Source: an uncultured Gemmataceae bacterium
GTDB lineage: Bacteria; Planctomycetota; Planctomycetia; Gemmatales; Gemmataceae
NCBI GenBank assembly: GCA_963750165.1
Contig: CAVVPN010000004.1
Span: 1,216,001 to 1,280,000 of the forward strand
Length of the DNA stretch: 64,000 bases
Direction: 5' to 3'
Part shown: one piece after another, positions 29,282 through 36,959 of the stretch
Position numbering within the stretch: the stretch's first letter is position 1
Layout: each line of letters opens with the position of its first letter
Made by a program: the position numbers and the translations under genes
The notes under the pieces: generated by a model
Seen by the model: only the letters and a program-made list of their open reading frames with translations
The model's database searches: none
What the model was told of the DNA's origin: nothing

Positions 29282-30346
29282 ATGCGTCCATGGGTCGCCT
29301 TACCCATTCTTGTGTTCGGGCTGGGCTGTCACCAGTGCTGTACTCTCCCCCCCGAATGTTGCCCGCCCAAGACGTGTGATTCCTGCTGCGGCCCCTGGGG
29401 GACGACACCGCCAGGCTTGCCCCAGCAGGCGCCGCAGCCGTGCCCTCAGCCCGCGCCGCCGGTTGCCGTACCAAAACGGCCTGTGACAGCGGAGGTACAG
29501 CAAGCGCCGCCCTGCCCGCCGCGGGTGAAGCTGTTGCCGCCGGACGTGGAAGTCAAGGGTCAGGAGGTGATCCACGTCAACGTTCCCCCGCAAAAGGTGT
29601 ACCTGACGCCCCAGCAACTGGCCGCCCACCTGCCGCCTCAGCAGGCTCCGGCTTACCAGGCGCCGCAGATGATGACGCCGATGGCCCCGACGATGATGAT
29701 GCCTGCGGCCGCGCCGATGCAGATGGCCAGTTCCACGGTGGAGTCGGTGCCGAGCAACCGGGCCACACCGGCTCTGGGCATTGACTGGGTTAAGATACGC
29801 ATCCCCGTCCTGCGCCTGTTCGCCATCCCCAACCAGGAACAGGTCACGGTCACCATGCGTCAGTCAACGACGTCGCAGAGCCCCGTCCTGGCCGCCCCGA
29901 TGGTCCAACAGGCTACCATGTACCAGGCAGCCCCCGTGATGCAGGCGCCGATGATGCAGGCCCCTGTCATGCAAGCGCCGGTGATGCAGGCCCCTGTCAT
30001 GCAGGCGCCGGTGATGCAGGCGCCCGTGATGCAGGCCCCTGTCATGCAGGCGCCCGTGATGCAGGCGCCCGTGATGCAGGCGCCCGTGATGCAGGCGCCC
30101 GTGATGCAGGCCCCTGTCATGCAGGCGCCCATGATGCAGGCGCCCATGCAAATGGCTCCCGCGGCGCCACAGCAGCAGGCCCCGATGGCCTGCCCGCCGT
30201 GTCCACCCTGCCCGCCGTGCCCGCCCAGTGCGTCGCCCGAGGACCTCCAGCGACTCAACCAACAGCTTCAGACGCTACAACAGATGCTCCAGCAACGGAC
30301 GCAACAGAACCCCTGTCCGCCGCCGTGTCCGCCGCCCTGCCAGTGA
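29282..30346 (+). CDS. Exported/lipoprotein-like protein with Cys-Pro termini, (QAPVM)n repeats and a short Gln-rich coiled coil
   Basis: GGAG RBS. MRPWVALPILVFGLGC, then CHQCC..ECCPPKTCDSCC, 13 QAP(V/M)M units, CPPCPPCPPCPP, LQRLNQQLQTLQQML and C-terminal CPPPCPPPCQ. Confidence 0.88.
   Translation: MRPWVALPILVFGLGCHQCCTLPPECCPPKTCDSCCGPWGTTPPGLPQQAPQPCPQPAPPVAVPKRPVTAEVQQAPPCPPRVKLLPPDVEVKGQEVIHVNVPPQKVYLTPQQLAAHLPPQQAPAYQAPQMMTPMAPTMMMPAAAPMQMASSTVESVPSNRATPALGIDWVKIRIPVLRLFAIPNQEQVTVTMRQSTTSQSPVLAAPMVQQATMYQAAPVMQAPMMQAPVMQAPVMQAPVMQAPVMQAPVMQAPVMQAPVMQAPVMQAPVMQAPVMQAPVMQAPMMQAPMQMAPAAPQQQAPMACPPCPPCPPCPPSASPEDLQRLNQQLQTLQQMLQQRTQQNPCPPPCPPPCQ
29942..30136 (+). repeat. Coding 15-bp tandem repeat x13 (QAPVM/QAPMM)
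   Basis: Alternating variants caggcgccggtgatg, caggcccctgtcatg and caggcgcccgtgatg. Confidence 0.95.
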
Positions 30347-30361
30347 TGAGCTCGACCGGAC

Positions 30362-30424
30362 AACAGCGGACCCCGTTGACGTTTCGTGCTCCCGCAGCGC
30401 GAAACGTCAACGGGGTCCGCTGTT
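30362..30424. repeat. Palindrome, family B, likely terminating the island genes
   Basis: aacagcggaccccgttgacgtttcg-loop-cgaaacgtcaacggggtccgctgtt, with ~25-bp perfect arms. Confidence 0.8.
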
Positions 30425-30440
30425 ATCCAGCCGCTTTTAT

Positions 30441-30745
30441 TTACGGACGCTGAGCAGGATCGGCGGGCTGGCGTAACTGACCTTCACCACAAAGTTGATC
30501 GATACGTGCGCCAGCACGCTGATCGCACGTGCTCGATGGGGCCGTGTTGGGAGCGCACTTCAGGACGATATGGCCCTTGCTGCCGCCGCCCAGCAGCGTC
30601 TTGCTCTTGCCCGCCACCACGGTCACGCCCGGCGGCAGCCCCTGCACGTCGATTTTCACCGGCCTTGTCCGGGTCGCAGCGTGAAGTCCGGCCAGACGAA
30701 ATCCGCCTCGACGTGGTAGACGAAGTGGTCGCCGCCCTTCGGCAT
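30441..30745 (-). pseudogene. Internally deleted remnant resembling planctomycete PPC-domain peptidase-like proteins
   Basis: KGGDHFVYHVEADFVWPDFTLR jumps frame to PVKIDVQGLPPGVTV. No intact gene. Resemblance recalled from memory, not searched. Confidence 0.45.
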
Positions 30746-31323
30746 CACTTCTTGGTCTTCTGCACGGTCATGGCCTGGATGCGATGCCGTTCAAAGTCGG
30801 TGTAATAACGGATGGTGACGGTGTCGCCTTTTTTCAGCGTCTTGATCTTCGCGATGGTGGCGTCCCAGTGCTCCTTCGGGTAGGTGGCGGCGAAGCCCTC
30901 GGGCGGTCCGTTCTTCGGCTTGATTTCGACCCACCACTGGTGCGTGGCGAGCACCTTGCCCGTCATCACGCCCATGTTGTTCGGGCTGTTCGGGTTTTTC
31001 GTGCCGGTGCGCACGATGCTGGTGAGCTGCTGCTTGTCGCCGGTCATCTTGTAGGTCAGGCGGACCCGCGCCACCGTGAAGATGCCGTCCACCGCCTTGA
31101 GCAGTTTCTTGTCGGCGCGGTCGAAAATGTAGGTGGCCGGCTCCTCCTTGCCGTCGAGTTTCACCTTGATCCAGTTGTCGCGCTTGTCGAGCACGATGCC
31201 GGAGACGGGGGCGCCAGGCTTCGGTTGCCCAGCCTTGCCGCCGGTGCCGCCGGCTTCCGTCCAGCCGACCGCAACGAGGCCGAACAGCCCCAGCAAACCG
31301 AGCCAGAAAAGACGCCGTGCCAT
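30745..31323 (-). CDS. Secreted basic hypothetical protein with two OB-fold-like repeats
   Basis: GGAGG RBS, signal peptide, and two similar G.V......WI/VE/VK...D/G...V.I/L.Y halves. Confidence 0.75.
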   Translation of the reverse strand: MARRLFWLGLLGLFGLVAVGWTEAGGTGGKAGQPKPGAPVSGIVLDKRDNWIKVKLDGKEEPATYIFDRADKKLLKAVDGIFTVARVRLTYKMTGDKQQLTSIVRTGTKNPNSPNNMGVMTGKVLATHQWWVEIKPKNGPPEGFAATYPKEHWDATIAKIKTLKKGDTVTIRYYTDFERHRIQAMTVQKTKK

Positions 31324-31356
31324 GATCCTTCCTCCAATCGATGTAAGGCGAGCGTA

Positions 31357-32631
31357 CTACTTCTTGCCGACACAGGTCAGACTTTTTGGGCCGCGCAGGA
31401 AAATCCTACCGTCCGAAACCGCTGCGGACGGGCCGGAAAGCGTCCACTCATTCCGCTCGCCTTCGCCCAGGTCGTTGCGGGCCAGCACCTCCAGTTTCGG
31501 CCCGGCCTTGAGGACGCAACTCTTGCCGGAGCTGGCGAAGTAAATCCGTCCGTCCTTGGTGGCGATCGGGCTGGGGAAGGTCGGAATGCCCTCCACCGGC
31601 TCCTCGTACACCAACCGGCCGTCGGCCACCGTCCAGCAGCGAACGGTGCCGGGCGGCGACGCGCGGTACAGATAGTCGCCGACGATCACGGGCGAGCCGA
31701 AGCCCTTGGGGCTCGTGGCATGTCGCCACTTCACGTGCGTCTTGCTAACGTCGCCAGTACCGGTGGGGTCGATGGCCAGGGTTTCGCCCCCCTCGCCGCT
31801 GGCGATGACCAGGCCGGCGCCGGCGACCAGCGACGCATAACGGTTGCCACGCCACTTGCACCACCAAACATCCTTGCCGGTCTTCGCGTCCAGGGCCACC
31901 ACGCCGCCCTCACTGGCGACCACGATCTGCGGCCGGTCCTTCGCGATCACCAGCAGCGGCGAGCTGTTGTGCGCCCGGTCGTGCTGCTTGCGCCGCGCCT
32001 CCCACTTGACCGCGCCCGTCTTCGTGTCCAGCGCCCGCAGCCAGAATTCGCTGCTCACGTCGATGAAGAGGAAGAGGGTGTCCTCGTACAGAATTGGGCT
32101 GCTGCTGAGCCATTCGGCCTTGGCCGGGCCGGGCAGTGTCTTCTGCCAGAGGCGGTTGCCGTCCAGGTCCAGCGCCGCCACGGTGGCCGAGCCGAACAGG
32201 GCGAACAGCCGTTTGCCGTCGGTGACCGGCGTCGCCGCGGTGAAGCTGAACTCGGTGTCCCACGAACCGGGCTCGATGTCGGTTTGCCAGCGTTTGGTGC
32301 CGTCGGCCGCCCGGTAACAGGCGACGCGGTGCAGGTGATTGGCCGCGGAGCGCTCCGGTCCCTTCTGGACTTTGCGCACCGAGGCGCTGAGGAACACGCG
32401 CTCATCCCAGACGATCGGGCTGGAGTGGCCGAAGTCCGCGGGCACTTTCCACAGCACGTGCTGGCGCGTCTTGCCGTCCCAGGTGAGCGGCAGGTCCGTC
32501 TCGTCGGTGTGGCCCGAGCGCTGCGGGCCGCGCCACTGCGGCCAGTTGCCCGCCCAGCACAGGCCGGCGGAGAGGAGCAGCGCCGCACCGCAGCAGACGG
32601 CCAGCAACCGGTGAGTCTTCGTGAGCATCAT
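31357..32631 (-). CDS. PQQ-binding-like beta-propeller protein (planctomycete-expanded family)
   Basis: NWPQWRGP, HSSPIVW, ATPVTDG and repeated ALD..TG...W motifs. Confidence 0.9.
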   Translation of the reverse strand: MMLTKTHRLLAVCCGAALLLSAGLCWAGNWPQWRGPQRSGHTDETDLPLTWDGKTRQHVLWKVPADFGHSSPIVWDERVFLSASVRKVQKGPERSAANHLHRVACYRAADGTKRWQTDIEPGSWDTEFSFTAATPVTDGKRLFALFGSATVAALDLDGNRLWQKTLPGPAKAEWLSSSPILYEDTLFLFIDVSSEFWLRALDTKTGAVKWEARRKQHDRAHNSSPLLVIAKDRPQIVVASEGGVVALDAKTGKDVWWCKWRGNRYASLVAGAGLVIASGEGGETLAIDPTGTGDVSKTHVKWRHATSPKGFGSPVIVGDYLYRASPPGTVRCWTVADGRLVYEEPVEGIPTFPSPIATKDGRIYFASSGKSCVLKAGPKLEVLARNDLGEGERNEWTLSGPSAAVSDGRIFLRGPKSLTCVGKK

Positions 32632-33224
32632 GGCAATTCCTTGTAACGAATCCGGCGAAACTCAAACTTGCCGATCTCGGATTGCAGGCCGATGGTGCCG
32701 GTGGCCGGCACTTTCATGGCCTTGCCGACCTGCTCACCGTTGCACTTGCAGACGGCCTCGGTGCCGCGCAGGGTGATGTCGATCTCGTTCCAGTCACCGG
32801 GCTTGAAGTGCTTGAGCTTGCGGAATACGCCCGTCAAGCCGCCCTCGGTGACCGCGTCCAGTTGCAACTGCGGGCCGCGGATGTAGATGCCGCTGTTGTT
32901 CTTCTTGTTGTCCGTGCTGGTGCGAAACTCCAGCTTGAACTGGAAGTCCTTGTTGAACTGCCGCGCGGTGTACAGGGCCATGATGCGCTTGCCGCTGGCG
33001 ACGATGACGCCGTCGCTGACCGCGAAGACCTGGTCCTTGGTGGTCGTCTTGCCGTCGAGTTTTTCGATGATTGGCTTCTTCGTCACCGGCACCGGGCCGT
33101 ACTCCCAGCCGGTCAGGTCCTTGCCGTTGAACAGGTTCGTGTAGCCGTCTTCGGCGGGATTTTGGGCGGCGCTGACCAGGGCAGTCAGGCCGGTAACGAG
33201 CAGGGTGCAGAGAAAGCGGTACAT
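32628..33224 (-). CDS. DUF1080 (3-keto-disaccharide hydrolase-like) protein
   Basis: Signal peptide, LFNGKDLTGW, NSGIYIR, GDWNEIDI and GTIGLQSE...FRRIRYKEL. Confidence 0.92.
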   Translation of the reverse strand: MYRFLCTLLVTGLTALVSAAQNPAEDGYTNLFNGKDLTGWEYGPVPVTKKPIIEKLDGKTTTKDQVFAVSDGVIVASGKRIMALYTARQFNKDFQFKLEFRTSTDNKKNNSGIYIRGPQLQLDAVTEGGLTGVFRKLKHFKPGDWNEIDITLRGTEAVCKCNGEQVGKAMKVPATGTIGLQSEIGKFEFRRIRYKELP

Positions 33225-33493
33225 GGTGGGATCTCGGTAGGGGACAAACACGGTCTACAGTTGCAGGTCTTCCGGCCTGTCCAGTTGCGTAACCTGGGCG
33301 GCGGCGAACAGGGTGACGGCGAGACTGGCTGTGAGAGAGCGCATCGTCACGGTCATGAGTCCTCGGTAGGCGGGCCGGCGCGGCGGCTCGGTGGCAGGTC
33401 GGTGAGCAGGGGAACTGGTTCTATGGTGCGAACTGGGCGCGGGAATGTCAAGAAAAAGGCGGCGGGAATTCAAGGGCGGCGGTGCTGGTTTCT

Positions 33494-33556
33494 GGACGGA
33501 GCCCGAGCGCCCGCGCGGGACTTGCTTGGCCGCGCGCTGGCGCTTGGGCTCCGTCC
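33494..33556. repeat. REP-like palindrome, family A (degenerate)
   Basis: ggacggagcccgagcgcccgcgcg...cgcgctggcgcttgggctccgtcc. Confidence 0.8.
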
Positions 33557-33663
33557 TACCACGAAAATCCAGGGCGCTGCCGCCTGAGCCCGCCGACCGC
33601 GCCGGCAAATCCGTGCTAGACTTTTGCAAGGGACGGTGCAACCGCCGGGTTCGGGGTACGGCC

Positions 33664-34494
33664 ATGTCCATGTCGAGTGTGCCGGGTTGGATCGGTCGGG
33701 CCTGTCGTCTGGCGGCGTTGACCATTCCGGTCCTCGCGGCCCTCGCGGGCAGCACGCTACTGGTCGCGCTGCCGCTGGCCTGGGCCACCGGCGGCGACGT
33801 TATCGAACCGGGCCATCTGCTCGCGGGCATCGTCTGCGGCCTGGCCGTCTGGCTGTCGGTCACTACCTTCCACCTCAAGGGACAAACGATCACGGTGCCT
33901 TTCCAGGATCGCCACGCCTTCGCGGAGCGCCTGGTCGCCCAGCTGCAGGATCTGGGCTACGAGGTCCGTCGCGCGGGGCCGGACCTGCTGGTGTCGCGGC
34001 CGACGTTCTGGTCGCTGCTGCTGGGCGGCGGCTTGCAGGTGCGCTTGCTGGCCGAGACGGCCCAGATCACCGGGCCGAAGCTGTTCGTGACCATTCTGCG
34101 GCGGCGGTTGCGGGTGGCGGCGCACCTGGACCGCGTTCACCAGGCGTTTAACGCCGCCCGGCAGCGCCAGAACGAGCGCCTGCTCAAGCGCGTGCAGCTC
34201 AGCCTGCGGTTCGCGCCGGATCAGTGGGCTGCGGTCGCCGCCAGCATCGTGGACCTGCTGCGGCTCAGTGGTGCCGACGTGCTCTGCGACCTGCACCTGC
34301 TGGTCGGCAACGACACCGGCGTTCCCGAGGGCCTCATCGACGGCCCGGTGCGCGACTGGCTGCAGAAGCACGCCCTGCAATTCGAAATTCACAAGGATTT
34401 GCCGCAGTGGGAGGAGCCCGGTTGGCGGCACACCCTGACCGGCGGCCACGGCGACACGCCCGTGTGCCGGCCCGCCGATTTCGAGTCGGCCTGA
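33664..34494 (+). CDS. Hypothetical membrane protein (2 TM segments plus a soluble region)
   Basis: Two hydrophobic segments followed by an alpha/beta-like region. No family recognised. Confidence 0.65.
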   Translation: MSMSSVPGWIGRACRLAALTIPVLAALAGSTLLVALPLAWATGGDVIEPGHLLAGIVCGLAVWLSVTTFHLKGQTITVPFQDRHAFAERLVAQLQDLGYEVRRAGPDLLVSRPTFWSLLLGGGLQVRLLAETAQITGPKLFVTILRRRLRVAAHLDRVHQAFNAARQRQNERLLKRVQLSLRFAPDQWAAVAASIVDLLRLSGADVLCDLHLLVGNDTGVPEGLIDGPVRDWLQKHALQFEIHKDLPQWEEPGWRHTLTGGHGDTPVCRPADFESA

Positions 34495-34641
34495 CGCATC
34501 GGCGGCCGAGGCGCTATGGCAAGCTGGAAAGCCTGCCCCACGAAAGCGGGCCGTTCCCCGGAAGCGGCCTGGGCGGTGTAATAGAGGTAGTGCCAGGGAG
34601 GGCTTTCATCTCCTGGACGTGGGGAAGGACAACGGGGTCAG

Positions 34642-35061
34642 GTTAATTGAGAGCGGTTCACACTTGGTTTGCGCACAGCCTGTGGGACGGCTCTCCAGAG
34701 CCGTCCTTGTCTCGGAGACGGCTCTGGAGAGCCGTCCTACGGGGCGTGATCCACGCGGCTGTGAATCGCTCTGGAGCGGTTCGCGCACGGTTTGCACACG
34801 AGTGGGCGGCGGGCACGGGCTGACCACCAGCGGCCTGCACTGCCACAGCAAGGGGGCCAAGGGGGCCAAGGGGGCCAACTTTTTCACACGTCGAGAATCG
34901 GCCCCTAACTCCGTGGGGATGGCACGGCGCGACAACCACTGGCGGCGGTTGCCACAGCAAGGACGCCAAGAACGCCAACTTTTTTGCATGTCGAGATTCG
35001 GCGCCGGGGAGCGCCGTCCTGCCATTCGTGGTCCACGCGACTGTGAACTGCTCTAATTAAC
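34642..35061. mobile_element. MITE-like composite element with ~21-bp terminal inverted repeats and GTAG-REP cargo
   Basis: Left end gttaattgagagcggttcaca; right end tgtgaactgctctaattaac. An internal junction tgtgaatcgctct|ggagcggttcgcg splits it into two units. REP doublet at 34682-34740. Confidence 0.6.
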
Positions 35062-35253
35062 GGCTTTCGGGATAAATCAAGAGGAACAAGTTCGCCAACT
35101 CCTGGACCAGCTGGCTGCCGGCCGTGCGGCCTCGTCGCGCAAGCCCCGACGGAAGAAGTGACAGATTTTCCCTCAACCCGCCGCTCGCCAGGTTCGACCA
35201 TGCGGCGGCTGAGTTGAAAACGGCCCTTCCAGACGAAGGAGACGTGGCGAACG

Positions 35254-36005
35254 ATGGCACAACCCCGGCACAAGCGCGTGCTGTTCCTTTGCACCGGCAA
35301 CTACTACCGCAGTCGGTTCGCCGAAGTCCTGTTCAATTCGGTGGCCGGCAAGATGGGCCTGCCCTGGCGAGCGTCGTCCCGGGGGCTGGCGCTGGAGCGG
35401 GCGCCGGCAACATTGGCCCGATGGCGGTGGCGGCGGTCCAGGCGCTGGAGGCGCTGGGCGTCCGAGCCCCGGATGCCGTGACGCGCTTGCCGGCGCAGGT
35501 AACGCTGGAAGATTTGGCAGCGGCGGATCGGGTGGTCGCTCTGAAGGAGGCCGAACACCTGCCACTCCTCCAAGAGCGGTTCCCGACCTGGGCCGAGAAG
35601 GTCGAGTGCTGGCACGTCGATGACGCACCGGAAGTCCTGGGCCTCATCGAGCGAGAAATCATGGGCCTCGTCGCGCGCCTCCTCGGCGGAGGTGAGCGCC
35701 AGGACCGTCAACCGACCGCGGCCGTCGCCACGGAACGGCCCGGCGCCGCGGAGCCGGCCAGGAAGCCGCGGATCGTGAAAGTCGGGCGGGAGACGGCGGG
35801 CCGGCGAGGGAAAGGCGTGACCACGGTGTTCGACGCGCCCCTGGATGAAACCGGCCTGAAGGAACTCGCCGCCCTGCTCAAGCAGCGCTGCGGTACGGGC
35901 GGGACGGTCAAGGATGGGCGCATCGAAATCCAGGGCGATCAGCGGGAACGCATCGTCGCCGAACTGGAGAAGCTGGGCTACAAGGTCAAGCGCGTCGGAG
36001 GCTGA
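35254..36005 (+). CDS. Low-molecular-weight phosphatase (LMW-PTP/ArsC-like) fused to a SUI1/YciH (eIF1-like) domain (frameshift at ~35400)
   Basis: AAGGAG RBS. VLFLCTGNYYRSRFAE, ASSRGL, ADRVVAL and WHVDD, then in frame RETAGRRGKGVT...LKQRCGTGGTVKDGRIEIQGDQR...GG. Confidence 0.85.
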
Positions 36006-36042
36006 CCGTGGCGCGCCGGCAGCCGGCGCGCCGCGGTGGTGG

Positions 36043-36378
36043 TCAGCGGCTGACGCTCGACGGCATGGTCGGCACCGGCACGGCCTGCGGCGGCATCGTC
36101 TGCAGGCGCGGCGTCGGCGATGGCGAGCCGGGGAACGGACCCGTCTCCAGAGGCACCCCTGGTTGCGGCACCAGCGGCGGCTGTGCGTACTCGGCGCCGG
36201 GGGACGAATACACTCCCAGTTCGCCACCGCCGCAACAGCAGCCGGGCGTCGCGGCCGGCACCGGACTGCCGCAGCACCCCCCGGGCCGACTGCAGAACAG
36301 GTTGCAAAAGCCGTTGCAACCGCTGGTGAAACTCAGGCTGCCCGCCACAACGAGCGCAGCCAGACGTGTGCGGAACAT
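36043..36378 (-). CDS. Small Cys/Pro-rich lipoprotein
   Basis: AAGGA RBS, lipobox TSGC, CC and CCC clusters, Pro-rich tail. Confidence 0.7.
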   Translation of the reverse strand: MFRTRLAALVVAGSLSFTSGCNGFCNLFCSRPGGCCGSPVPAATPGCCCGGGELGVYSSPGAEYAQPPLVPQPGVPLETGPFPGSPSPTPRLQTMPPQAVPVPTMPSSVSR

Positions 36379-36610
36379 AGTTGGTTCCTTTGCGGTGAAA
36401 GAGCCGAACGCTTGCGCGACGGTTGCGACAGGACAGGGGACAGGGTTTCCACCCCCATTTCACTTCGGGCTCACGCCCCCTGCTACCAGATCATGCGCCA
36501 CGCCCCCGGCGCGGGCAAACCGGTCTACAGCAAATTCCCGTGCGATTGCGGATGGCGGCTGGCGGATTGCGGATTGGCGGCGGAAGGCGCAACGCTGGTA
36601 AAAAGCGTCA

Positions 36611-36663
36611 GGTCGGAGCCCGAGCGCCAGCGCGGCGCCCGCGCTGGCGCTCGGGCTCCGACC
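36611..36663. repeat. REP-like palindrome, family A
   Basis: ggtcggagcccgagcgccagcgcgg-cg-cccgcgctggcgctcgggctccgacc. Confidence 0.88.
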
Positions 36664-36695
36664 CGTGTAAGCCGCCAGCCGCAGAAAAAGAACGC

Positions 36696-36727
36696 AAAAG
36701 CCGGCGCGGACCTAAATCCGCGCCGGC
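36696..36727 (-). terminator. Rho-independent terminator downstream of the S41 protease gene
   Basis: 11-bp stem gccggcgcgga/tccgcgccggc followed on the minus strand by ttttgcgttctttt. Confidence 0.65.
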
Positions 36728-36747
36728 CTTGCTTCAATCCGCCAGCC

Positions 36748-36954
36748 GCTAGAGCGGCTTGCGGTTGGGTGTAGCGGTCAGGGGTAGGTGCCGCGAGCCG
36801 AGCGGCACCCAGCGCGGGTCCGGCTCGGCTCGCCGGACCTACCCCCAGCGCCGCCAGTCCCAGTAGGTGCCGCGAGCCGAGCGGCACCCAGCGCGGGTCC
36901 GGCTCGGCTCGCCGGACCTACTACACGCTACACGCACCTGCAATCCGCTCTAGC
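36748..36954. mobile_element. MITE-like element with 29-bp terminal inverted repeats (GCTAGAGCGG...) enclosing two identical 59-bp GTAG...CTAC REP units
   Basis: TIRs at 36748-36776 and 36926-36954 match at 25/29 positions. Identical units at 36784-36842 and 36863-36921. Confidence 0.7.
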
Positions 36955-36959
36955 CGCCA

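Noticed and set aside
25666..30136. 15-bp tandem repeats as CRISPR or non-coding VNTRs
   Set aside because: They have no spacers, lie in frame within genes that have an RBS and signal peptide, and vary mainly at synonymous positions.
25516..30346. Classical RiPP/bacteriocin cluster
   Set aside because: No radical SAM, YcaO, LanM, P450 or peptidase-ABC transporter gene is adjacent, and the repeats lack flanking cleavage motifs. Kept only as a minor alternative.
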